Of a stretch of DNA of 63,626 bases, positions 56,501-63,626 are shown piece after piece. This stretch comes from Candidatus Enterousia sp. (GTDB lineage Bacteria; Pseudomonadota; Alphaproteobacteria; Rs-D84), in the NCBI GenBank assembly GCA_045629645.1, contig JAZQRR010000026.1, positions 1 to 63,626 on the forward strand, written 5' to 3'. The notes under the pieces are model-generated. The model searched no databases and was not told the DNA's origin. It saw only the letters and a list, made by a program, of their open reading frames with translations. The position numbers and the translations under genes are program-made. How positions within the stretch are numbered: the stretch's first letter is position 1; the number at the start of each line of letters is the position of its first letter.

Positions 56501-56687
56501 AGTTGTTATGCCAGGGACAGGATCTTATAAAGTTGGTGGCGAACGCTTGTCCAGATTTGGCGGCGAATTCGGTATCGGTTTGACTGCTGAGTATAAGGGT
56601 ATGGAATTCTCGGTATCTTATGATCTGGGATTGCATGAAGATTATACTTCACAGACTGGTATGATTAAGTTCCGCAGTCAGTTCTGA
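53514..56687 (+). CDS. Autotransporter with polymorphic-membrane-protein (Pmp-type GGAI / FxxN) repeats
   Basis: More than 12 GGA[IL] motifs alternate with FxxN (FTGN, FIDN, FKNN, FENN, FADN, FEDN...). C-terminal beta-domain ends in ...GMIKFRSQF. Confidence 0.85.
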   Translation: MSSNKYLTDLLKVCSVLPVLATLPAMADIPAPVDGVVAGQNISGDSSGGYRLDNLNSDLIISESAFTGNSYDGNGAAAWATSGHNLEVKDSVFTGNTVAGIAGAFGGGTKAGFLKVSGSKFIDNHAELDGGAIASYAGLAISNSVFDGNSAQYAADENGEYNVPVVDGTPIGGGALALGAVSNTTIAAIDSTVFKNNVSGANGGAIGTRLASDADNSAAKLDIAATFENNTAAKSGGAIYNTFYANNGLGKGDGVTVTGIFTGNKAGVSGGAIYNDGATDKAGNFGGVMTVNNAAFTANSATDEGGAIFNKGNMTVVGSKFADNNVVDGFGGAIKNNGQMTIENSVFEDNIAYSNGAVSTSGKTGSTKISGATFKDNSALADGGALGLYLDATVTDTVFEDNKSAFGVEVAGTKYDAASDANGGGALMVGQKATATLKNVKFIDNETGATGGAIHARHHKKDNAYLNIDGALFDDNEAKVNGGAIATIYDGEVNINNAQFVSNSAAKNGGAIYNGVDMNYGSSDGTGSLSTDHGTINFTGENVFRGNVAGINGGAIYNDAGGTINFAGVNTFADNTLASGTKNDIYNLGTVNVLSGTTNISGGITGNTGILNIGADAVLNMATSNINQSAIVIDGTVNADVLNSDKYAKLQGAVSGNGKLNLNVGSVGTYRMFSSANDIAIDAGATYTVTNNGADGVIIETKSVDVLAKDTGLSERAAGAISGLANSKNTNIQKVSLEAQKALNSGDVEFVEKETAKLNPEDKPVTQSVASSVQNQVLALTSGRMSGGVANIGRAGGDETAQESGFWAQGLFNKTKNASNFHGYTRGFALGMDTVIDRKYTLGFGFAYNNTDVHSGSRSTDINSDTLFVYGQYKPSDWYVNATLTYTMAEYTENVDPFGVAIESNYDVDTYGAQLMTGYDLAYGFTPEAGLRYLHITQDTYNNGVNTIKGSDTDFLSGVAGLKYTFAIETENALQLRPEMRAAATYDFISDKAETTVVMPGTGSYKVGGERLSRFGGEFGIGLTAEYKGMEFSVSYDLGLHEDYTSQTGMIKFRSQF

Positions 56688-56703
56688 TGGAACCAAGTCC
56701 AAA

Positions 56704-56732
56704 CAAAAATCCCCCAAATGGGGGATTTTTTG
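56704..56732. terminator. Stereotyped terminator palindrome
   Basis: AAAAATCCCCCAAATGGGGGATTTTTTG. Confidence 0.7.
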
Positions 56733-56749
56733 TTTTGTTATATAGTTTT

Positions 56750-57265
56750 TTATTTTGCAACAACAACCATTGCTGTGCGCAAGATATTGTCGCCAAACAT
56801 ATATCCAGATTGCATTTCATCAACAATAATGTTGGATTTTGTATCAGGAACTTCGATTGCCTGAATTGCATTGTGGTGCATCGGATTTAATGTTTCGCCA
56901 ATTGAATTTATCTTGGTAATGCCGATTTGTTCAAATGCAGATTCCATCGCCATTGCCATTGATTTTATGCCTGCGTCATCAGGATTGTGTTTTAATGCCG
57001 CATCAATCGCATCCATCACGGGTAATATTTTTTCGACAATGCCCATCGCACGGTTGCGTGCGCGTGATTCTGCGTCCAGTGCGCTGCGACGACGAGTGTT
57101 TTCCAGTTCTGCCGCCAAACGCAGATATTTGTCGTTCATTTCAGCCAGTTGTGCAGTCATTTTTTCAAGTTCTGTTGGTTCGTTAGATGTGTTTTCTGGT
57201 GTTTCGACCGTATTTACATCGTCAACAGATACTGATTCTATTTTTACTTCTTTGTCATCGTTCAT
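56750..57265 (-). CDS. grpE: Nucleotide exchange factor GrpE
   Basis: DKYLRLAAELENTRRRS... and ...GYMFGDNILRTAMVVVAK are GrpE-like. Confidence 0.9.
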   Translation of the reverse strand: MNDDKEVKIESVSVDDVNTVETPENTSNEPTELEKMTAQLAEMNDKYLRLAAELENTRRRSALDAESRARNRAMGIVEKILPVMDAIDAALKHNPDDAGIKSMAMAMESAFEQIGITKINSIGETLNPMHHNAIQAIEVPDTKSNIIVDEMQSGYMFGDNILRTAMVVVAK

Positions 57266-57294
57266 GTTTTTTCCGTTTTTTATATACTATAAGA

Positions 57295-57999
57295 CTATTT
57301 TACACTGGTTATTATAGGTATGAAATCGTCGCTTTTCAAGGATGCGCCACCAACCAGTACACCATCTACGTTTTCAATAGACATAATTTCGGCTGCGTTG
57401 TTGCCCTTGACTGATGCGCCATATAACACAGGTGTGCCGGACAAGCCCATATCTGACAATGTGTTTGCAATTAATGTGTGCGCTTCGGCGATTTCTGTGG
57501 ATGTAGGTGTCAGCCCCGCACCAATTGCCCAGCGTGGTTCATATGCAATAATAATATCGCCGGTTACATTTGTTGGAACCGATTCGCGTACGCCAGTTTC
57601 GATAATTTCCATTGTTTTGCCGGCTTGCTTTTCCGCCATTGTTTCGCCAACACAGATAATTGGTGTCAGACCATTTGATAATACTTGTTCGGCCTTGGCG
57701 CGGACAGAACTGTTGGTGTCACCGTGGTACTGACGGCATTCGCTGTGTCCAACAATTACGTATTTTGCGCCAGTTTGCGAAATCATTTGCGCAGAAACTT
57801 CGCCGGTATATGCGCCGTGTGAGTGTGCGCTGACATCTTGGGCACCCAATGCGATTTTGCCAGAATCTGTATTTAACATTGTGTATGGTACACATAAAAT
57901 AACTGTATTTTCTGTGTCCAACTGTGATAAATCTTCAATCATTTGTTTCAAGTTAGAAAAAGAACCGTTCATTTTCCAATTGCCAGCAATTATTTTCAT
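57295..57999 (-). CDS. tpiA: Triosephosphate isomerase
   Basis: MKIIAGNWKMNGS...VGHSECR...AYEPRWAIGAG are TIM motifs. Confidence 0.95.
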   Translation of the reverse strand: MKIIAGNWKMNGSFSNLKQMIEDLSQLDTENTVILCVPYTMLNTDSGKIALGAQDVSAHSHGAYTGEVSAQMISQTGAKYVIVGHSECRQYHGDTNSSVRAKAEQVLSNGLTPIICVGETMAEKQAGKTMEIIETGVRESVPTNVTGDIIIAYEPRWAIGAGLTPTSTEIAEAHTLIANTLSDMGLSGTPVLYGASVKGNNAAEIMSIENVDGVLVGGASLKSDDFIPIITSVK

Positions 58000-58066
58000 T
58001 AGATTTCTCCTTTTTTCATTGCTTTTTATCAGATTGTTTTGCTATGGTAACGCAAAAGGGGAACAA

Positions 58067-59479
58067 ATGCTAGAATATTTAAGAAATGCATCTGAAAAAC
58101 CAATTGCAAAATTCTTGATTGCAATATTGGCGTTTTCTTTCGTTGGTTGGGGCGCTGCGGAATGGATTTTTGGCGGCGCGGTTGGTGATAATGCACTGTT
58201 GTATGTTGGTGACGCAGAAGTGTCCGGACAACAGTTTAACGCAGAAAAGTCTCGTGAATTGGCGAAAATGGATCGCGAAACGCAGCGTAGTATATTTACG
58301 GATGCGGCGGCACAAAATAAGTTTGCTCAACGTGTGATAACAGATTTGTCTGTTCGTCAGATGGCGCAGAACCGTGCAAATGATTTAGATTTTGTTGTCA
58401 GTGATAAACGAATCGCGCGTGAAATTCGTGATTTTACAGAATTTCAAGAAAATGGTGAATTTTCTGAACAAAAATTTGATGAAGTGTTATATAATTCGGG
58501 CTATTCCGAGGCTGATTTTGCAGATGTTCTGCGTGGTCAGGTATTACGTTCAATGGTTCTGGGGTCTGTTGGTGTGCCTGTGCCGGTGCCAGAATTTGCG
58601 TTGATGGCGGTGTATAATGCCAGATACGGTTTGCGCGATATTGAATATGCGACTGTTAAATATTCTGAATTTAATGTTGGTGCGCCGACAGATGAACAAT
58701 TACAGGCGTTTTATGCGCAAAATCCGCAGGTTGTTCCAGAAACAAGAAGTGTTTCTTATGTCTTGGTGCCAGCAGAAATGACACAGCCAGATAAATATGA
58801 TGCGGCGTATAATATTGCGGTCAAGGTGGAAGACGATATTATCGCAGGCGATTCTATGAAACAGGTTGCAACGAAACATGGTGCAAAATATGTTGATTTG
58901 GGCTATTTTGCGCGTGATTCACGTCCTGTGGACAAGGTTTTGTCGGATACAATCGTTGCAAAAATATTTGATATGGAAGCAGGGGTGGAAAGTGAAATGA
59001 TTGAAACCAAAGATGGCTTCTTGTTCTTGCGTGTGGATGAAATTAATCCTGCACATACCGCAAAGTTTGAAGATGTAAAAAAGTCTTTGGTGGCAGATTG
59101 GAAAAAGGCAGAACAGAAAAAACAAGCCTATGTTCGTGCAAATGAAATGTTGGTTGATTTGAACAAGGGTGAAAAGTTGGCGGGCAAAAAGTCTGTCAGT
59201 GTTTCACGTGCGTCTGGTGCGCCAGCCAACGTCTTGGTTGCAGCGTTCCGTAATGAAGCAGGGCAAAATTTGATTGTGGATGGAAATGATGCTTTCTATG
59301 TTTTGTCGGTCAAGAAAGCAGTTCAACCAAAAGTTGATGCAAAAAAGAAACAAGCATTGCAGCAGGAATTAGAAAAAATGTCTGCGGCTGGTTTGATGGA
59401 CGATTATAATTCGTTCTTGATGCGCGAATATCCAATCAAGATAAATGATAAGGTATATAATCGTTTGTTTGCAAAATAA
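58067..59479 (+). CDS. ppiD: PpiD/SurA-N-type periplasmic chaperone (peptidyl-prolyl isomerase D-like)
   Basis: MLEYLRNASEKPIAKFLIAILAFSFVGWG is the N-terminal anchor typical of PpiD. The ATG at 58067 has an AAGGGGA RBS. The ORF-track extension to 57857 overlaps tpiA and was discarded. Confidence 0.75.
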   Translation: MLEYLRNASEKPIAKFLIAILAFSFVGWGAAEWIFGGAVGDNALLYVGDAEVSGQQFNAEKSRELAKMDRETQRSIFTDAAAQNKFAQRVITDLSVRQMAQNRANDLDFVVSDKRIAREIRDFTEFQENGEFSEQKFDEVLYNSGYSEADFADVLRGQVLRSMVLGSVGVPVPVPEFALMAVYNARYGLRDIEYATVKYSEFNVGAPTDEQLQAFYAQNPQVVPETRSVSYVLVPAEMTQPDKYDAAYNIAVKVEDDIIAGDSMKQVATKHGAKYVDLGYFARDSRPVDKVLSDTIVAKIFDMEAGVESEMIETKDGFLFLRVDEINPAHTAKFEDVKKSLVADWKKAEQKKQAYVRANEMLVDLNKGEKLAGKKSVSVSRASGAPANVLVAAFRNEAGQNLIVDGNDAFYVLSVKKAVQPKVDAKKKQALQQELEKMSAAGLMDDYNSFLMREYPIKINDKVYNRLFAK

Positions 59480-59507
59480 AAAAATCCCCGTTTTGGGGAT
59501 TTTTTTA
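59478..59507 (+). terminator. Stereotyped terminator palindrome
   Basis: AAAAAAATCCCCGTTTTGGGGATTTTTTT. Confidence 0.7.
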
Positions 59508-59549
59508 TTTATATATTTACATTTTTGTCTAAATGTTTTATACTGATAT

Positions 59550-59751
59550 GGAATCCAAGGGATTGGGTTCGGGGCTGTGGTGGCCCGCAAACACGGTGCA
59601 AATGCATCGTTATCTGATGTTTCGGTGCTGTTTGTGCCGTTATTATCCCTGACGTATTTTTTTTGGTCGGGGAGCCGTTTGCCGCAAGGCGCGGAGCATT
59701 TGTTTGCTGACACCAACTCCCCGACCGCTCTTTCTTGGGCGGTGTTTTTTT
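59550..59751 (+). promoter_or_regulatory. Structured 5' leader, copy B of the unassigned RNA motif, ending in an intrinsic terminator
   Basis: Same ordered helices as 49927-50142 (minus strand). The terminator ACCGCTCTTTCTTGGGCGGTGTTTTTTT ends 14 nt before the ATG at 59766. Confidence 0.55.
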
Positions 59752-59765
59752 ATAAAGGAGTAAAT

Positions 59766-60773
59766 ATGAAAAAATCTACGGCTTTAACTATTGGGGCTAT
59801 TGCGCTGTTAAGTGCGGGGCTTTCATTCGGTGTAAAATTTAAACAAAGAAAAGATTATGAAGAAAAATTGAAAACAATTTTAATTCCTGACGCAGAAAAA
59901 AAACTGGACGATTTGTTGCGTGAAGATGTCGCATTAAGAGATAGTGTTATTAAGTTCGAAGAAGCACAAAAAATGCTGCAAGAGAAGAAGGGTGCTGATG
60001 CAGAAGTGATAGATACAGCTTTCTTGGAATTAGAAGGCATAGTTGACACTTTATGGTCGCAATGGCACGATCGTCCGTCCGAAATTTTTTATGGTGAGTT
60101 TGGTAATGAGACACATGAATCACCAAGCAATTGGGATGTGCAGTCTTATTTGCCAGCAGATAATCCAGATGCACGAACAGATAAAAAAGCAATAGAACTG
60201 TACAAGGAAGTGTTTCATCGCACCGGTAATAAGTCGCATTATTATCCTGTTGTTCCAGATTATGGGGAAAAATTTATGCTTAAAGATGCATTGGTAATTC
60301 CCGCGTTATATGAAACAAGAGGAATACTTAATTTTTATTATGATGAAAATGACACAGAATTAACCCAAGATATGGAAGCGTTCTTTGCGATAATGGTAAA
60401 TGCGATTGGAAGTACCGTAGAAGACACTCGGGGTTGTGGTTTTAATAACTTTGATACATATATATATAATGGTAGCCCGAAACTTAGGTTAACTATATTA
60501 AAATCCTTGCAATCTTTTATTAATTCTGTTGACAATTCTAAGAATGTTTTTGATGCAAAAACATTGAATCTTTTGGATAAAAAAGTGAAAAAGTTGTTGC
60601 CAATTATTGAAAAAAAAGTCCAGATAGAAAATAAAGAAATACAGACGAAGCACAAATTGGAACATTTTAAATCTGCAAAAGAGTCTGTAGAAAATCGCGT
60701 GGTACAAGAAAGAAAGCATTTGGATGTTTTAAAGACAACGAATATAAGAGAATTGATGAAAAAAGAAAAATAA
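59766..60773 (+). CDS. Hypothetical exported or membrane-anchored protein (335 aa)
   Basis: AAAGGAG RBS and MKKSTALTIGAIALLSAGLSFG. The ORF-track start at 59577 runs through the RNA leader and was discarded. Confidence 0.6.
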   Translation: MKKSTALTIGAIALLSAGLSFGVKFKQRKDYEEKLKTILIPDAEKKLDDLLREDVALRDSVIKFEEAQKMLQEKKGADAEVIDTAFLELEGIVDTLWSQWHDRPSEIFYGEFGNETHESPSNWDVQSYLPADNPDARTDKKAIELYKEVFHRTGNKSHYYPVVPDYGEKFMLKDALVIPALYETRGILNFYYDENDTELTQDMEAFFAIMVNAIGSTVEDTRGCGFNNFDTYIYNGSPKLRLTILKSLQSFINSVDNSKNVFDAKTLNLLDKKVKKLLPIIEKKVQIENKEIQTKHKLEHFKSAKESVENRVVQERKHLDVLKTTNIRELMKKEK

Positions 60774-60800
60774 AAAAATCCCCGTTTTGGGGATTTTTTA
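60772..60800. terminator. Stereotyped terminator palindrome
   Basis: AAAAAAATCCCCGTTTTGGGGATTTTTTA. Confidence 0.7.
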
Positions 60801-61058
60801 ACGTTCGTTTGATTGTGTTGTTTGTTGTTGTTTTGTTTGTGATTGTTTTTTAAAGATGTTTTTTATTCCGTTCATCAGTTTTTTGAATTTTTCTTGTCGG
60901 TTTATCATTTTCTGATATGAACGTTCCAGGCGTTCGTTTTCGCGTTCTTCGGCTTCTTTTAATTTTTGTTCGGAATATTCGCGATCCAATCTTTCTTGGT
61001 CTTTGTCAACGGGAAAACGAAAGTTGTTGTCTATTACAACGATTTCATCTTTGTCCAT
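60798..61058 (-). CDS. Small charged coiled-coil protein (86 aa) downstream of the virB11-like gene
   Basis: AAAGGAGAAAAA RBS followed by an ATG at 61058. Starts MDKDEIVVIDNNFRFPVDKDQERLDREYSEQKLKEAEERENERLE... Confidence 0.5.
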   Translation of the reverse strand: MDKDEIVVIDNNFRFPVDKDQERLDREYSEQKLKEAEERENERLERSYQKMINRQEKFKKLMNGIKNIFKKQSQTKQQQTTQSNER

Positions 61059-61075
61059 TTTTTCTCCTTTTTTTT

Positions 61076-62035
61076 TTAAACAACCTCGGTCACTGCGCGC
61101 AGTGAACCATCGCGTGACAGTTGTACAACGCGGATTTTCTTTTTCATTTCTGTTATCAAATCTGTTCGGTCGTATGCAGGTTGGGTGTGTAATATCCGGT
61201 CTGCAAAGGCAGCGTATGCAGCCTCGGCACTTTCGGCGTGGATAGTAGTGTAAAAGTGATCGTGGCCGGTACCCAACATTTCCCACAGTACAGATGCGTT
61301 GTCGGTTGATATTTCACCACCAATAATTACGTCTGGGGTCATACGTACAACCAAGTCTAATAGACGTGCGTAATTCATGTCGTTTGTTTGTTCTGTTCGC
61401 GATAATATAAAATGAACGCGATTCTTTTGCGGAACACGAATTTCACGGGCGTCTTCGACCGTGATAACACGACTGTTTTGATCAATCAGTGTCAGCATAT
61501 GGTTCAAAAATGTTGTTTTACCGGTTGCTGTTGCACCACTGACCAGAATAGGGCTGCCATCATTAATGGCGGACATCAGGCGTTCGTATGGATCGTCTGG
61601 ACGAACGTTTTCACGTGGTTTTACCTTTAATAATTGTTGCCCACGACGCAGATGATAATTTTCAAAACTGGTTTCATGCGCGCCACCACCGCGGATGTTT
61701 AATGCAACGCCGCCAGTGATGTCACGTTCGTCGTATTGAACGTTTGGTCCCGCAATCGCAGTAAAACGATGGTTGCCAGGTAATGTCGCATATACCACCG
61801 GCATACCATGTGTCGGGTTAAAAGGGCGTTCGTATATATTTGCAACAGTGTGAATCAAGTCAACAAGATATTGTTTGCTAAGTGTTTCGGATTGATATGA
61901 TACCCATGGAACACGTGCGCCATGTAAACGCATCCAAACTTCGCCTGCGTGGTTGATAGCAATTTCTTCTACAAATGAAGGTTTGTAGAATTCTTCCAAC
62001 GGTTTTAATAAAGATTCCAGAACAACATTAGACAT
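61076..62035 (-). CDS. virB11: VirB11/TrbB-family type IV secretion ATPase
   Basis: EEIAINHAGEVWMRL N-terminal domain. Walker A VSGATATGKTTFLN, Walker B/Asp box RVITVEDAREI and PDVIIGGEIS. Confidence 0.8.
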   Translation of the reverse strand: MSNVVLESLLKPLEEFYKPSFVEEIAINHAGEVWMRLHGARVPWVSYQSETLSKQYLVDLIHTVANIYERPFNPTHGMPVVYATLPGNHRFTAIAGPNVQYDERDITGGVALNIRGGGAHETSFENYHLRRGQQLLKVKPRENVRPDDPYERLMSAINDGSPILVSGATATGKTTFLNHMLTLIDQNSRVITVEDAREIRVPQKNRVHFILSRTEQTNDMNYARLLDLVVRMTPDVIIGGEISTDNASVLWEMLGTGHDHFYTTIHAESAEAAYAAFADRILHTQPAYDRTDLITEMKKKIRVVQLSRDGSLRAVTEVV

Positions 62036-62113
62036 ATATGTGATTTTATCATAAATCGTGGCTTGAATCAAAACAGTTTATTTGATAAAATTAAAAAAAA
62101 AGAGAGATAGAAT

Positions 62114-62680
62114 ATGAAAAAATCACTTTTATTTGCTTTGTTGGGCGTTCTGTCGTTGGGCGCATGTGTTAACAATGATATGGATGTTCCTTATAACCAG
62201 ACTGATTTTGAACAGGGCGGTCCAGATGCGCCACTGTATAACGAAAGAACCAGCGGATTTATGCAGGCAAATAATCAATATGCAAATATTGATACGTACA
62301 AGCCAAAAACAGCTGCGGAAAAAGAAAAAAATTCAAATCGTTGGGATACATCACGTATGGAAACCCGTTGGCAGGAATACAAAGGTGCCATGGTGCGTGT
62401 TCAGATTTTGCTGGGGAATACCGATTTGCGTGAAATGCGTTTGCGCTTGATGCAAAATGCAGATGGTATGGATATTGATGGCGATTCGCGTTCTGTCTTG
62501 GCAGCGGTCGCGGATTTTGAAATGAAACGTGTTTGTGGCCGTAACGCAGATAGTATCGTTATGGTTTATGACAATCCTTCGTTCGAAGCAATGCGTCCAA
62601 CGCCTTACTTTGATTACAGAATCGAAGCCGAAGGTGCAACAATGCGCGAATATGGATTCAGATGTGTTTACAATAAATAA
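62114..62680 (+). CDS. Lipoprotein of unknown function
   Basis: MKKSLLFALLGVLSLGAC contains a lipobox. Confidence 0.6.
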   Translation: MKKSLLFALLGVLSLGACVNNDMDVPYNQTDFEQGGPDAPLYNERTSGFMQANNQYANIDTYKPKTAAEKEKNSNRWDTSRMETRWQEYKGAMVRVQILLGNTDLREMRLRLMQNADGMDIDGDSRSVLAAVADFEMKRVCGRNADSIVMVYDNPSFEAMRPTPYFDYRIEAEGATMREYGFRCVYNK

Positions 62681-62708
62681 TCTGATATTTAACCAAAAGG
62701 AAGCTTAA

Positions 62709-63038
62709 ATGAAAAAAATGGCAGCAATTATGGGGGTGTGTTCTATGTTAGGTTTGGCAGCATGTGATGGTGCAGATGTCGCAAAAAATGGCGATACAGT
62801 TGTTATTAATTTTGCTGGGTTCTTGGATGGGGTTCAGTTCCCAGGTGGTACAGCAGAAAACTTTCCGTTAACATTGGGCAGTGGTCAATTTGTCCCAGGT
62901 TTTGAAGAACAAGTCGTCGGTATGGCCAAAGGGGAAGAACGTGATATTAATATTACTTTCCCAACACAATATGTCCCAGACTTGGCTGGTAAAGATGTTG
63001 TGTTCAAGGTCAAAGTTGTAGATATCTTGGAAAAATAA
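62709..63038 (+). CDS. FKBP-type peptidyl-prolyl isomerase domain lipoprotein
   Basis: Lipobox LGLAAC. NGDTVVINFAGFLDGVQFPGGTAENFPLTLGSGQFVPGFEEQVVGM is FKBP/trigger-factor-like. Confidence 0.75.
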   Translation: MKKMAAIMGVCSMLGLAACDGADVAKNGDTVVINFAGFLDGVQFPGGTAENFPLTLGSGQFVPGFEEQVVGMAKGEERDINITFPTQYVPDLAGKDVVFKVKVVDILEK

Positions 63039-63066
63039 AAAAATGCTGGCTTACGTCGGAAAAAAT

Positions 63067-63095
63067 AAAAAAATCCCCGTTTTGGGGATTTTTTA
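63067..63095. terminator. Stereotyped terminator palindrome
   Basis: AAAAAAATCCCCGTTTTGGGGATTTTTTA. Confidence 0.7.
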
Positions 63096-63114
63096 TTTTG
63101 CCTTGTTTCCTTTG

Positions 63115-63626
63115 TTATTTTAATTCACATTTATTACTATTGTACGTTGTTGTATAATCCATTGCAGACATTGTATTTGTGATTTCGTTGCATTGGGCTT
63201 CGTTTGCGTTGCATGTGTTGCCCGATGCATTTGAACCTGTATATATTTTGCAGACTGTGCTGAATATATTTTTCTTTTGATCTGCGCTTTTCAAGCTGTC
63301 ATTAATTGTGAACTTTATTTCCCAATCATATTTGCCATCAGTGCTGGCGCATTTGATATATGCACGTTTGTTTGTGCTGTGTATGTCTGATTTATCGCAC
63401 GTTGCATCGTGTCCTTTGACTTTTTTCAGGTATGCGATTGATAGTGCAGACATTATATCTTTGTCCTTTTTGCTTAAAGGCGTGTTATTAAAATATGTTA
63501 TACAATTTGTATGACTGTCTGTTTCATAGTCGCATACAGATTTATATTCACCGTCTTTATTGAAATATTTATCTTTGTTTATAATCAGATTTCCCGCCAA
63601 AGATCCGATTGCGCCAACGCCGGCAA
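63115..63626 (-). CDS. 3' part of a larger gene running off the window: glycine-zipper segment followed by a Cys-containing domain
   Basis: The frame stays open to the window edge and reads ...AGVGAIGSLAGNLIINKDK... The ORF-track M at 63600 is an internal TTG. Confidence 0.55.
   Translation of the reverse strand, partial: AGVGAIGSLAGNLIINKDKYFNKDGEYKSVCDYETDSHTNCITYFNNTPLSKKDKDIMSALSIAYLKKVKGHDATCDKSDIHSTNKRAYIKCASTDGKYDWEIKFTINDSLKSADQKKNIFSTVCKIYTGSNASGNTCNANEAQCNEITNTMSAMDYTTTYNSNKCELK

Noticed and set aside
57857-58066. Upstream extension of the ppiD-like ORF
   Set aside because: It overlaps the tpiA start region on the opposite strand and has no RBS. The typical PpiD N-terminus starts at the ATG at 58067.
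59550-59751. SRP (4.5S) RNA, tmRNA, RNase P or group II intron domain V identity for the structured region
   Set aside because: The start GGGGCUGUGGUGGCCCGCAA superficially resembles E. coli 4.5S RNA, but the conserved GGAA-tetraloop and AGCAGC helix-8 motif is absent. No RNase P GGAAAGUCCGG box and no tmRNA tag ORF are present. The GAGCCGUUUGCCGCAAGGC segment does not fold into a domain-V helix with the required bulge. A second copy upstream of another gene argues for a cis-leader.
59577-59765. N-terminal extension of the 59766 gene as given in the ORF track (start at 59577)
   Set aside because: The extension reads through the conserved RNA helices and the terminator. A canonical AAAGGAG RBS plus ATG and a signal-like MKKSTALTIGAIALL begin at 59766.

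Overview
AT-rich chromosomal segment that looks alphaproteobacterial. This rests on a CcrM-type methyltransferase, the spc/alpha ribosomal-protein operon order, rpsB-tsf, a ppiD-like gene next to tpiA and grpE, and nrdR, rnhB-pgk. The lifestyle is probably host-associated, because the window carries ankyrin repeats, a Pmp-like autotransporter and RPE/MITE-like palindromic elements; this is inference only. Short, well-recognisable housekeeping blocks are interrupted by large amounts of accessory DNA. These blocks are rplN to rplQ, rpsB-tsf, infA, ccrM-nrdR-slt, rnhB-pgk, grpE-tpiA-ppiD and tRNA-Gln. The dominant accessory content is a paralogous family of very large, signal-peptide-bearing, cysteine-rich proteins that share a colinear motif series (CMDxFC, SDCxAxEN, NKY..C, CGxDFxxC). 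There are five long members plus shorter relatives, about 20 kb in total, and I cannot assign them to any named domain family. Several members also carry glycine-zipper segments. Other notable content: (1) two homologous ~200-nt structured leaders that each end in an intrinsic terminator abutting the RBS of an unrelated secreted-protein gene, a candidate new cis-regulatory RNA. (2) A tandem array of five small two-TM proteins. (3) An HD-hydrolase plus radical-SAM gene pair beside tRNA-Gln, with an att-like duplicate of the tRNA 3' end and mosaic duplicated gene fragments nearby. (4) Two autotransporters, one ankyrin plus degenerate subtilase-like and one Pmp-like. (5) An orphan virB11-like ATPase. 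(6) A stereotyped terminator palindrome, AAAAAATCCCC-N4-6-GGGGATTTTTT, reused at ten or more gene ends. (7) Two families of palindromic intergenic elements. No rRNA, CRISPR array, transposase or integrase was recognised.
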